Assembly (NCBI GenBank): GCA_024704765.1
Contig: JAKMXF010000341.1
Location: forward strand, 1 to 64,000
Reading direction: 5' to 3'
From: Oopsacas minuta
Taxonomy: Eukaryota; Animalia; Porifera
DNA: 64,000 nucleotides
The notes under the pieces are model-generated. The model was given only the letters and a program-made list of their open reading frames with translations. It was not told the origin of the DNA and did no database searches. A program made the translations under genes and the position numbers. This document shows, piece by piece, positions 1 through 13,640 of this stretch. How positions within the stretch are numbered: position 1 is the stretch's first letter; the number at the start of each line of letters is the position of its first letter.

Positions 1-1292
1 CCCTTCTATTCATTAAACTTAATGGCCCTCCACTTTCTATATGGGATCCTAGCGATTATGCTAGATGTTGGCTAAGAAATCATCGGAGTGCATCAGATAC
101 TCAAATAAGGGGTAGCAATAGTCAGATAGTTGAAGAAAACCCAGTTTGGAAGTATATTTGAATAATATACATAGCATTTAGGCATTTACAAGGTATGTTT
201 CACGCAGTTGTTTTTTATCTGATACAAATATAAACACACCGCTATATATAATAATAATCAGTGGTATTTTGGAGGGAGCACGCAGGTGGGAGGTATGGCG
301 CACCCACTTCATTATTGGGGGCCGTTTTCACCTATGTTTTCTAAGAAAATGCTAAATTTGAAAAGAGAGCGCCCCCCCACTTCTTTTTTTGGCAAAACAC
401 CATTGCCTATAATTTTAACCATTTGTCAAATTAATTGCTTTGTTTGCCAGAATAATAGAATTTTCAGTGCAGTTGCCAAAATAATTGAATTTATTTGCCA
501 AGTTTAATGGTGCATCCAAAGTTATATCATGCTATTACGTATATTGTGTCACACTGTCGTGTACACTCATGTGTATTGCAATCTGGTAGAGTTATAGAAA
601 CAGGATCAAGAACAGAATTTATATCAAACTAAAGAGTCAGATTTACAATAATAATATTCAGTAGTATATGAGCAATGATAAGCAGATTAGTTAGATAGCT
701 TATCTAAGGAAATTAGGGAAATTTTATCAATTTATAACGAGGCAATCAGGAATGTGAATTATAAGTATCCATAGTACACGACTATATAATAAGCCAAAAC
801 CTATCAAATGATGATAAATAGAAATAAATAAATCTAGCTGATGTACACAGGAACAGAGACTAATTACAGAGATCAGCTGATATCTCATCCATATTGCATA
901 AAGAGGAATAGTATATAAAGATTACTTTCTATAACATACAAGCGAATAAATATGTTATTCATAACAGGCACTGATACAGATAGTCTGTGTATGACGTCAT
1001 ATGTGTGTAGCGTATGAATACATTAACCAACTATAATCTCTTACACACTGTATGTACACAATTCCCCCGTGATATTATCTCTGAATGATGTTCTAATAAT
1101 TAGTGACCTTCCTCTTAAATCTTTGATATGAATATATATCCTATAATGAATAATCTAGATACAAAGCTACTACGTAGTGTACAGTATTGATCTCTTATTA
1201 TAAACCTGATTACTATGACAAATAATAAGAGTCTCGCGGGGGTTCACTATAAGTGACCCTGACTGTACTTATAATATCAATTCCTTGAATAG

Positions 1293-4200
1293 ATGGTTAG
1301 AGGCTAAGAGAGGTAAATTTCAGATTTGTGACTGGCAGACCCTAGCCAAGATATGGTATTTAGAGAAAGAGCGGACTTCTGAAGAGATGGATGCGACAAG
1401 TATTTTCAAGAAGGTGAGTATCTCATTATAGCGTGTAATGATCATATGCTACTACTAACAAATGACGTATATCTATACTAGTTATTACTATCAATCTTGT
1501 AAAGTCAGCCAATATAATACTGAATTTCACAGACTAAGTTATGTAACTCCTAAAGTTGGTTACATCTAATATAAAACCACAGATTTACTATACACGAAAC
1601 TTATCTAATAATCGTTAAGAAGAATACAATCACTACGTAATGTATACTTATATTTCATAAATATTTACTCAGCTAACTTCAAATCCTTGGCGGTTGCTTC
1701 ATTAGAGTTGTGAATATAACTTAGTTTTGATGTTGTATATACATGTATGATGTATGGGAATTATTATCAGATAATACTTGCATGATTCTTATTTCTTAGA
1801 TTATTATCTACGAAAATCGCGTCCCTTAAATATCATTCTTTTAGGACGTACACTTAAATAGGAGACGTTGAAACGTTACGTAATCATATAATTAAGCAAA
1901 ATTATAATTAATTTCCAAATTTAGTGTATGCATAGAATTATTTAAGGGTCATGACCCATGGCCAATTTGCAGCTCTACTCTCCTAGCATACGCATGTTTA
2001 TTTTCGAGAAATAAATAATATGTAAAATAAAACAGGGACGTAGGGAAGCAATAAATTTTTGACGCAACAACCGCCGCGCCTGCCGCACCGGCCTTTAAAG
2101 GATTTAAAATTTTTGCACCTTTCAGGAATAAAATCATAACAGCTTGATACATTTATAAGTCATGCAACCTTTGAAGTAATAAACACACGATATTAGATCT
2201 ATTTTCTAAAATACAAATTATTTCCAGGATACAAAATTAATACAGAAGATAAAAAATAGATAGAACCCTGATACCGGCTCCTAAGGCTCTGATAAAACAA
2301 TTTTGCCTCTTGGTCAAAACAGGGGTGTTAACCTACTGTTGTTAGTCCAGCTGTACTTAGATTGAATAATCGCTTCACGAATAAACACGATAATCCATTA
2401 TATGACATAATATTTAATATTAATTAATTAATTATGGCTGTTTATAAACATAAAAATATTAAATTGATCTAACTATATAATAATTATGTAATAGTAAATA
2501 CGGTCATGTTCAGCTGAAGTATACCTCGAGGTGTGAAGCGCCAATATCAACACGAAACAACGAGCCAATATAGCTCTATATTACTCATTTCTTAATACTT
2601 AAATATCAGATAATGAAATCATAGACATTATGAAATGCGTTGAATCATTTCAGTCATCACGAAATATGAATTAATCGAATATTTCTTGTATACGTGAATT
2701 CGTCAAATTTGCGTCATATTTTACTTCTAAATACATTATATGCATGTCCATAGTGCGAAATATTAGGAGTCGTTACAAGTGTAGTGTGGCTTTACGCTTC
2801 AAATTAGAAACTAATTATAGAACGGATATTAATAAACATGTCTTGGAAGAGGTACAACGAGTGCTACCTCTTGTCCTGGAGTATCCCAACTTACTTACAA
2901 GGACCCTAGGAGTCCAGGACAAATTTCTACTCAATCCAAAAATAATACCAGGGCAGTGCCTGGCGGTAGGGAATAACAGACCTTAGACTCCTTAAGTGGA
3001 TTAAAGGGCTTAATCTAGCTAGTCATATCATAAACTGTTATTCATATTATTCATGTCTAGAGCCCTAGGATACACTTTTCCCTGGACTCCTCTAATGACT
3101 TCGGTAGCTATATACGCTCTTCCTTGCCTTTACAAATCCTGCACCCAGCCTGCTAGCCCCAGTATTTTCGTCTCTGAGTTATATATTAGCTGAAATTAGT
3201 TTATCTATAGGTTATGTGTAAATACCATTCGGAAACTTGTACTCACCGATTCTGAGCGCAAACAACTATGTGGCAACCTAAGGGGTCCATCTGTATCTTT
3301 AGAGTTTAGATATTATCTTAGTTCATTCTTTAGAATTAATAAAGGAAATAGAATTAAACTGGATTAATTCTATCGGATGTGATGAATCCGATTTTCACAC
3401 TTTTGAATCAATCATTGTTGTTGTTGTTGCATGGTTGCTGTGGGAATGGAATTTATATTCAGAAAAATTGATATGTTGAGGGGTCTACAGCGCGAAAATG
3501 TTATGAAACGCTATTTCCTGATTCTCAGAGAGGTAAAAAAAGCACATTCCATACGGCAATTTGTGTTTATGTGAATAGAAAGTAAGCAAATAAATTATCT
3601 ACTCAACTTGACTATGGATGGTATAAACTTTTTATAGGGTGTCTTGGACATTTTTACGCTTCGAACAATTATATAGCTTACTAATACATTCACACACCGT
3701 CACTTATTGAAATTTTTCGGGAAATTACGTACGTTTTCTTTATTAGTCCAGTTTAGTAACATAGATGCCAACCTAGCGTCTCAATAATTCATGAAACACC
3801 GTCTAACAATCCGTGTAATATCTATGAGAACACTGAAAATCCGTTCGGTAAAAGTGATAGGAAGATGGCGGATACCCACATTTCTTTGTTGAATCAAGTC
3901 ATTATGATGCACTTACTGCTTTAAGTTGTTTGGGAATTTCCCATGGATTAGCGCAATCCATGGAATTGCTTGTTTACGATATCATATTTGGAACTCAGCA
4001 TATTCGATTATCCCAGAATAGCCATTGAAAGTATGAATCTACTACGAATTTGAAATTCGCTTTGTTTATGTACCTAAAAGTAAACAAATAATTCACAATA
4101 GGTTGTTTACAATACCATATTTGGGCTCAGCATACTCGATCACCTCAGTATTGTCGTTGAAACTATGATTCTACAACAATATCGAAATTTGTTTACTTTA

Positions 4201-6052
4201 TATTCATAAAAACAACAATAAATTTACATATGATTAATCCCAAAGTGTGAAAATCGGATTCAACATGTTCGATATATTTAGTTTTATTGATAAACACGAT
4301 AAATACAGAGTTATGCGACAACTTCAAAATTGCATACTGTAAATCCTTTCAGATAAACAAATATGCTAAGCGAACATCTAAAATATGTAAGTGTAGCTTA
4401 TGTCGTTAAAATTTATGTAATACAGAGAAATTCCTGAAATTTCTTTCAAGCTTTACGAAATGTCTGAACAGCTCTTAATTATTACATAGTAAAATTCCAA
4501 TTTCCATAGCAACGAAATTAAAAATCAGGAATTTACAAATACAAAAATAACTAGTGTTGCTGTTTAGATGTAAATTTTGAGCACCCTACATATCCATATT
4601 TTGTGATCTCCCAAAACCTTAGAAATATTTGAATACAGAATTCAAAACTACAATTGGAACTAAACTAATTCAAATGTATCATTGAATTGCTTTACTTGTA
4701 TGCATTGTGTATTTTGCATCAGGTAGTATTTATGGAATTGTAAACCTACAAATATGTCGTCTTTTAAGAAATGTATCATCTCCCTAGTTAGTTGCCAAAC
4801 CTCCGTTATCGCATTACTCGATACATATTACTTATACAACGAGGACTTCGTCATATATTTCATGGTAATGTTGTATTGTGCAATCACGTGGCTATGAGGA
4901 GGGAAGAGGATACGATAGGTAATTACTTCGCGTTCGTTCGATCCGGAGGGTAAAGCCACTGAGATTTCGAGTGGCAGGGCCGAATGCTGGTTTGACAAAT
5001 CTTGCTGTCCAAGACATCGTGATCACAAATTTGGATATCATCGCACCAAGAATAGGTTCTAAAAATGTTATTGGTTCCTAGTTCGCACTAGCGTCACGTG
5101 TTCATATAATATTCGACGTTGCACTGTATCCTTTATAATATGTCAAAAATAGACTATAATTTTACAGAAATAAATGTAAATATAGTAACAGAATAATAAA
5201 CTCACAATGCTTCCATCATCATTAGGGTTTATCTAAAGCTTTTCCAAATCTCCAAGAAGTAAAAAACATGAGTATCAAGGAAGGAACCCTCTATAAGACA
5301 AGGGTGTTTGAAGCACCAAAAGAATTATGTGATGGTTAGTTTTTGCTGATTGGTATAATTCCATTCATTATCTTGTAAATATCAACAAATATCTCTTTAG
5401 AAGTGTACAAATTTGTGAAGAATCCACGTACACCAACAATTCCCTTCGTGAGTTCTTTCAAATACGATTATTATGTATTCACTGGCTAAATATTTGTATT
5501 TATAGAATATTCATTCATTGAATGTATATCTGCCTATGTCCTAAATACACCCTTCCAATTCTAATTCCAGTTCAGCAATCAGTTCAATTATGAATTGTTA
5601 TGTGGAATATTGTAATTGATATCAAAATGTAACACTATTGGCTAGCGAATCATGATGTTAACAGCATTAGAACTTTGAAATAGTCGACGAAGTGTATATA
5701 ATTAGAACCTAGCACAGCTATCGAAATTCGAATTCCTTTGATTAGTTCAAGAAATTAGTGTGATGAATTGACAACACATAGAGAAAAGTAATTACGCGCT
5801 ATGAATAGCTAGGACAATAAAGCTTTAATTCTGTATACATAGCTATTAATAGAACCAATTCTCAGTGTAAATTTACTATATTACACCATACTGCAGTATA
5901 CATTTCCTGATAAATAAATATAAGAATTTATTTTTGATAATTAGAGAGGTTTACACGACTTGTATCTGTTATTATGTATATCTCCGTAGGAATATGCTGT
6001 AGTGTATCCTGCAAATGCAACTCCTACTCTTTTAGAACCTTACCCACAGGTA

Positions 6053-6087
<35 letters not shown>

Positions 6088-9000
6088 GAGAATCTATTTT
6101 TAGATATTTTAATTCTTAAATATTATGGAAATGCCCACAAGACTGAAATTACGTAACTTTTACTATTTGGGAACAGTCAATTCTTAGCTCAAGCCTCACA
6201 TTTTCAAATTGTACCTATTTTTAGTCAATACGTCTATAATTGCCTCCTTACTCTTTCATAACATGTTAGGCACTGGTTCGTGTCCAGTAATGCATCCACA
6301 GCTAGTAATTGCCGAAATATAATGAATATCTGATGGAGGATAAGAATTCATTTACTTTTGAGGGTCCTAAGGGAAATTAGTTTAATTGTCCAGGGACGAG
6401 TTCCTGGGCTACTAGCTCATAGACCCCAACCTATTCTTCCACCGTTGTTACGGTATATTGCAAAATATAGGCGAGTATTGAATAATTCATGATTATTGTT
6501 TCTATGAAGATATGACACTAACATAGCATTGGTAAATTTACATCATTTCCCAGAATAATTCAAATTTTCGTATTAAGTTATGGCTACAAATGCAAGGGGC
6601 TTGTCAAAGGTAGACCTTATGGGAGGCGACCACTATATAAAGTGGCCTCAACCAGCATTTGGCTGGTCACTTGCGGTGTATGCCAGCTGAGTGTAGTTTG
6701 TTATTACTTGGTTACTGTTGTTATAGGCTATGTAGCATATAATACCTGCAGCATATTCCAGATAATCCCGCTGAGTCACTCCATATTCTGAACATGGATA
6801 ATCAACAGTTGCATATACTTGTCCTTATGTAAGACAATGTATTTACAAATGCTTGCTGTATAAACCACAAGTGATTCAGTCAGGGTTGCCGTGGGAATGA
6901 ATTCTTGATACCTATCCCCATATACATATACATATATTGATGGGATGGGAATTCCTATTCCCACTGATAACCTGGCTTCTATCCATTGTAAAACCCCCGC
7001 ACTTGAGATTGGGCGCATTTTCTAATCAGCTACAAACTGTTTTTATTAAATCCAAAATAGCGTTTATTCTTATTGTTAATTCGGCAATGTTGTCAGATGA
7101 TGTGTCAAGTTAATGCAACACACTAGAAAGTTGATGACATGTTCATAGGCCCTCAACACCGGAGCAGGGGGCTTGAGCTGCCAAAATTCCGGTGTGAAAG
7201 GGGTATTAGAGGGAACACCGACCCAAGCTTTAAAGAATCATTTTGGTCACCATTTCTTTCTTAAGTTTGTATTAAATGTATAGCTGAGCTACTTATATTA
7301 GCTCTCTTTAAAAACTTAAAACTACGCAGTGTTGATAATTCACACAATAATCAACAAATATTCCAAATTTGTAACATATTGTAACGCAACTTAGCACTAC
7401 CAATGCCTGTAGACCAGCATTTGGCTAATCTCTATTGTATTTATTCGTATACTGTAACTGTATCTCAAATATTGTGTATAGGTCAATCTTACAAGTTGTA
7501 ATCAGCTTGCTACGTCCCTGTAACGTATTAGAGATATTTATTCAATTATACTGATTCAAACATATAATTTTCTACAGAATATTAGCGTTAATTATTATTA
7601 ATTAACTTTACTTTTATTAATTCTCGCTAATACAGCGTATCAAAAATGGTAGGTAGCATCCCCAAATGTCTAGAAGATTAGTCCTCATTATATGTATTTG
7701 CATTGTTACGTATTTATCCTATATGTAACTGGAATCTGGAATTCGTTATTGGTTTATTAATAGATTTAATCTAGCATTTACATTGGAGAAATTTGTAAAT
7801 TCAAATCAGAGAAATATATTTAAACTGAATAATAAGCATTCATTGGATTTATATAATTTTCTAGGAAATTATTAATTCCTCTTAATTCTCCTTTTAGAAT
7901 AATCAGTTTGCTCCTACTATGTTCCGTAAGTTAGCATCTATTTTATTCGCATAATTCACTATACAGTATTTCTTGCTATTAATAGTTTTAAGTAATTCTT
8001 AATTATTGCAATTTATAGTCTTAGTTTAGCAAAGTAGTTCAAATTCCATTTTTATAATTCAATGTTAGTAGTATTCTAATTTGAAATATTAATATTATTC
8101 ATTTTCCTCATCTTTATAGCAATCGGACCAAATAATGTAAGTTAAATATTTTTGTATATTTTTTTATATATCACTGTATTTTTATGTTATTCACACGGCC
8201 ATCATTCTATTACTTGTTATCTTACAAGTATTTCTGATTACATATTTAATAAACAATTATATAGTTTTACGTATTATTATCCATAAGCTGAGGTTAGATA
8301 GCTCCATTATCAGATGATTACAGTATATTATATATTCGGTGTATATTAATATTTCATGATTTAGAATCAGGTGTTTGATGTAAGCTTCCCTCATATTGCT
8401 CCAAAACGAGGTATTTTGTATATTTCATTTACATTACAATAATGCAATTTTATTCTAAAGTACATAATAAATAAAACATCCCATCCAATCTTGTTAAATA
8501 ATATAATCTCAGTAAAATAACAACAAAAATGTATAAATCTATTAGTTATTATCAGGGAAAATGTTTGTATAAATTTTCATGACACACAAAGCTATTTTCC
8601 AATTTATATGCTGTAACGAAACTCGTTTTGATATCGATATTATAGAACAGGCATTCCAGCCACAAGTTCACCCTACTTACCCTCACAACATCCCCATCAA
8701 CCAACAGCAACAGATTCCTTTCAGAATCTTTCCCAGACCAGTTCAACAGGTGTATCCTAGTCAGATAATAAATCAACAGACTACCGATGTAGCTGTAAGT
8801 ATGACTATGTTCTACAGAATTTTACAAAAACTGAGTAATTGTAACCCAAAATTATGTAAATTTAATCAAAAGTTAAGTCCATTTATGTTAGTTTAAGTTT
8901 GCTAAATTTATATTTGAAATATTACAAGCAATTTTGAATTTAAATATATAAATATTAAGAAATCTGATAGAAAAAATTTAACAAAATTAACAAATGTATT

Positions 9001-11450
9001 TTTATCAAAATATATGAGTAATAGACATTTTGTAATCTTAGGAATTATATGGTAAAGCCCACCACAACACGATGCTACAAAGTTCGTAAGAGTTGCATGC
9101 AATAATGCTGCAAGAAACTTTGTTGCATGGAGAGTAACACATTCTATTTTCCTACAACTATGTTACATGAAAATTTAATTTTATGCAACACCTTGTATGT
9201 AGCTTGTTGCATGTAACAAAGATACATCGTGTATGGTTTGCTTAATAAGAGTTTGTTCCCAGATTATCAATTGCCATCAAACTCCTTTGAATGCTTTGTT
9301 GTTAGACTAATCTTATTAATTAAACACACCCTTTTATTCACGTACAATGGATATATGTCTATTCTTTTGCGATTTAATTCATCATAACAAGGAATTTTTT
9401 TCAAAAATAACTATTACAATCACTATCTTTACCTTTATATATCTTTTATACTTCTAGCAACCCGAGTATACTCTCCATTCTATATCTCAGCGTAAGTTTT
9501 GCTCTAATTCTCTCTTCAAAACAATGAATTGTTATGTAATCATCTGGTTAATTATTCTTGTACTTTATATTATAGAGATTCTGAATGGTAATATGGTTCC
9601 TGGCAATGCAGTATATGCTCTACGTGATCCGGTAATTATTATGCTTCATTTCTAATTCATCACTAATTGAACTCTTTGAATAACTAGAATATATCATGCT
9701 GTAAAATGTAATGAGAAATAATCTTTGAACATGGTTACTCATTTTTGCTTGACACATAGTAATAGTAAAATTTGTCAACTGTCAAAAGCGAGTATACATC
9801 ACGATCGAATTACTTGGAATGGCATATGTACGTGGTTTCAAAACAGCTAGAGACCTTGTGTAACCTACTGTAAATTCTCATGACACCATCTCTGTTGAGT
9901 CGACTAGGGACGAGTTGACTTAGTACGAGTTAGTATTTGGGACGAGTTGACTGGCAATCCTCTAGATGCACATCCTAATCATTACCAGGTGTTGATATTA
10001 CATACATCCTATAGGATCAAGTTGTACCTGAGAACTCCTTCAGTCCGGAATCTACTTCATTCTATTCGCAGGTAGAGACCGAGCCTAATACCCAGCAATA
10101 TGCTCCCCATGGTCAGTGTGGAATTGAGGACTGTGTAGACATTCCCTGCAAGCCATCCCCAGGATCAGATCACCACCCCATGGTACCGTCTCCCCATGTA
10201 CACCAGTTTGAGGAGAATGTCCCTAGCAATATGTACAGTTCTTCGTCTTCTTACACAGAGAGAAGTGAGTTGATATTTGTAGTACAGTTAAACCTCCGTT
10301 AGTGAACACCTCTACACAATGAACACTAGTCTTCGGTCCCGAAATGATCCCAATCATTAAATGTGAACCTCTGCTTAGTGAACACCTCGATATAGTGAAC
10401 TAAAATTTCAGTCCCGAGGCGTTCACTATAGACCTAATATCACGCGATCAATAATAATATTTGATTTATTCAAACCACAAAATACGTAAATATATTTGCG
10501 ATTTCCAATTATGACAAATTAATTAAGTACCCCCCCCCCCCTGACCCCTGAGAGAGAAATGTCATTTCTTTTTGTTATATTACCAAATTTTACTGAAATT
10601 TATAGGAAACTAGAATTATATTCGTTAATTAGTTAGTGAATTCCAAACCAGTAAAGTTATAAATTCATTGCAGTTCCGGATTTGTAATTTTCTTATAATG
10701 AATTTTCATTTGTAAAAAATAGTTTACAACATTTGGTGATTTTTGATATTCAATCTTGCAATTTTGAATTTTTCCATTAATTATCTAATATTAAAATTCA
10801 TAGATATTGGACAAGATTTTACTTGTATAGAAGAAGAATAGAACAATTTCCCTAAATCTATTATAATCATAATTCGTCTTCTCTTTGGTTCGATCTATTT
10901 ACATATACGTACTCGTATATATTGTATCAAAATAAATGTATTTACTGTCTACTCACTATTTATTGGATACTACAACACTATAGGTCCTATCGGACATTTG
11001 GAGAACCCATTGATTGAACAGAAAGATGTGGAACATACATACCAACAAGTGAGACCAAGTTATTTAACTATATGTACCTATACGTATACGAATTTCTATT
11101 ATACAATATACACTACATTCTATTTGCACGAAAACTGTAAACTCAAAGTAACAATGTGAATCATTCATTATGTTAATGAGAGTTCCAGGGTATATTCTTG
11201 GTGTTCATATCGAGAATTATTCAGTATATTTCTCTGATCGATAAGATAGTAGAAATTAGCTAGAAATTAAAATGGTGCATAATTTTGGTTAATGTCGTTC
11301 ATGTTTGGATTACAAATATTCAATTATATACAACTTATACCCGTCAGCTGACACAACAGCTGTTTTTTTTGCATTATCAAGATTTAATATAACATGAACC
11401 ATTCCTTCTACAGGTACAAGAACAGTCTCTCATAATGTCAGAGTACTTTG
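1293..11450 (+). CDS. Multi-exon gene, both ends unresolved: divergent ETS/IRF-like winged-helix transcription factor with a Pro/Gln/Ser-rich C-terminal region
   Basis: Phase-compatible AG/GT exons at 1293-1413, 5226-5334, 5401-5447, 5990-6049, 7907-7925, 8646-8794, 9458-9491, 9576-9631, 10015-10264, 10984-11048 and 11414-11450 join with no stop. Peptide: WLEAKRGKFQICDWQTLAKIWYLEKERTSEEMDATSIFKK|GLSKAFPNLQEVKNMSIKEGTLYKTRVFEAPKELCD|EVYKFVKNPRTPTIPF|EYAVVYPANATPTLLEPYPQ|FAPTMF|QQAFQPQVHPTYPHNIPINQQQQ... The first exon matches the spacing of the ELF-type ETS core (W-x5-G-x-F-x-L-x-D-x3-V[AS]-x2-W-x3-K). The exon chain is well supported; the family call is less certain. Confidence 0.6.
3970..4350 (-). 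mobile_element. Internal fragment of a non-autonomous Helitron family, with a diverged ~133-bp tandem unit
   Basis: Shares the block AATAAATTTACATATGATTAATCC..AAAGTGTGAAAATCGGATTCA..GATAAACACGATAAATACA..GTTATGCGACAA.TTCAAAATTGCATAC with copies near 30440, 57850 and (reverse) 59400. TTGTTTAC.ATA.CATATTTGG recurs at 3970 and 4103. Confidence 0.65.
6053..6086 (+). repeat. (TTA)n microsatellite in an intron
   Basis: About 11 tandem TTA units just after the 5990-6049 exon. It produces the poly-Leu in the spurious ORF 5974-6156. Confidence 0.9.
9090..9230. repeat. Dispersed TGCAAC/GTTGCA-rich repeat (copies also at ~21180-21290 and ~53090-53200)
   Basis: GTTGCATGCAA.AATG.TGCAAGAAACTT.GTTGCAT.GA...TTCTATTTTC.T.CAA...TGTTAC.TGAAAA is shared between ~9091 and ~21183; a related motif occurs at ~53170. 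Confidence 0.55.
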
Positions 11451-13640
11451 GTGAGCTACGAATGATTGCTATACTTTATATAATATGTGTCGATCACCTA
11501 ATATATGATCACGTTCATGATCATTTTTCCGATCACTTTTCTGAAATTATAAACACATCCTATAGGGAGATTCTCTATTACTTGCATCCGTCCTCCCCGC
11601 GGCCATGCGAAATCTACCGATTACTATGAAATTAATACATACATTTTGATATCATTTTGGGTCTATATATATATTCGCGAATTTTCAAATTCTGTCTGCA
11701 TAAAACGCTCGAAATAGGATTGAAAATCTTTCTGGAAAAAATGATCTTCCATATTCGATCACTGTTTATAAAATGATCAGTAATCATCCTCTGATTGTCA
11801 AAAATAGATCACGGTACTAATGTTGTACACGTGACTGGTAATATATCTATAGTAATATCCAAATTTCTCTTTCCATTATCTTTTCCTCTAATTTTGTAAC
11901 ACCCGAAGCCTTGCTTAATTTAATCTACATATATTTCTAGTTATTCAGTGTGCAGAAAATATTTCCGTCTGTGTTTCCATTTCCTCATATTGATAACTAC
12001 GGCCTCACATGATTTATAGTTGCGATAGCTAGATTCCTTCCTTCTTGTAATATCCCTTACCTGAAGGATTGTTAGAATTGCACAAGTAGCCTCTTTTACT
12101 TCAAAAGCTACCTATGACCTATAATATAAACTATTCTCAATTAGATATTACATTGAAACTAATAGTTTATTATACTTCAATTATCCAGATGATTTATAAT
12201 ACATACAATTGTACTCAATATACGCACATCAACACTGTATTTTACGTGTATATGCTATATGCTATATGCTATATGATATATGATATAGTTCTGTTTCTAA
12301 CCTTTCGTATTGCAGAATTAACCATAATATTACTTCCAAATTTGGATCAATTAGTTGTTATTTTATCTCTACAGTTGTGATTATATCATTTATGCATACA
12401 GTGGAACCTGCAGCAGATGACTTTGAATAACCGTATGTTCATCCGTATTTCTGATTTTACAGGTGTCAGATTATGCAAGTTCCATTGTACGAACATAATT
12501 TCTTTAATTCCTTTATTTATACGATTCGATTGATCTGTTTGAATGCAGGACTTGTTTCTTAGAATTTTACCTACTATCCGTTTTAATTTTCACCCAATTT
12601 GTTTTCAATATTATGGATTTGTATCTCTATAGGATGTTAAGTATAATAATGCTCCTAATTAGAGTCCCGGCGCTTCTTATTTTTGTCGGAATTTTTGGTC
12701 GTATTTTTTCGATTTTTGATAATGCAAAAATGTTATGACTTTCATTAATCCATTCACTTGGGAAACGCCTAAAAGGTTACTCTTTGTTATTTGTACTGAT
12801 GTGTGTATTTTCTAAATCTATCAAATTATCGGTTTATTGCTAACTCTATAAAACGCATCCAATTCGACACTGGAACTGTACTATCTGTACTAACTGTACT
12901 ATTTGTACTATTGATTATCTTAATAGATAATAATGGTTAATTTGTCTTTGCTGAGGGTGCATTTATAAATGAAACCTATAGTAGTATTTAGAACTATACA
13001 CATCACAATAAATCCATATATAATATAGTTACAGTTTCAATTAAGTAATAGGATGATTTTAACAAAAATAAAGTCATAACAACATAACATTTCCTTATAT
13101 ATTTGATTTATCATATGGTAATTGCATGTGAAGAATGTGTATGTTTTGTGTTTAATGAAATTCTGCACAAATATGGGAAGAATATACGAAATATTTGAGC
13201 AAATATTGTCCGTTTTTCTGTGTTTGTGCATTCTTGAAAGTTGAATTGATTAAGGTCTATACTTCAAATGGTAGCCCCCTCCCCTAAATACCGCTTCCTT
13301 GGATTACTCGCCCCCTAGAGGAGGGCCATATATTCTAAACATCTTCTCCAAAGTCCTGCCAGAATCAATACAGATAAACATCTGAGATACGGTATTATTG
13401 GGAGTATTAGCTTCATACCCAATATGTAAAGTGGCTGGGCTCATTAACTCCTCTCTCCATAGGACTAACATTGTTTCGAACAATGTTTTACTAACAAATG
13501 AAATCAATCAGACGGATTGGGGATACTATATCCGGGGAGATCTGCCGCTTTTGGAGGTTTGCCTGTAATCGCGCCAATAGATAGAAAAATATGACCAACA
13601 TATACGCCTATGAACTACCCCGTACGTAAATATATATATA

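Noticed and set aside
65-192. Possible upstream exon(s) of the ETS-like gene (PVWKYI resembling LWQFL; 11-nt microexon 182-192)
   Set aside because: In-frame stops follow PVWKYI, and the microexon cannot be distinguished from chance without transcripts.
1293-5334. Calling the first gene a canonical IRF
   Set aside because: The long IRF loop (KHAAKHGW) and the five-Trp series are not present, and the spacing of the first exon fits ETS better. Kept only as ETS/IRF-like.
13304-13507. Coding-looking minus-strand stretch (also ~14690-14960 and 20657-20857)
   Set aside because: Short or stop-interrupted with no recognisable motif. These may be old gene or TE fragments but cannot be assigned by eye.
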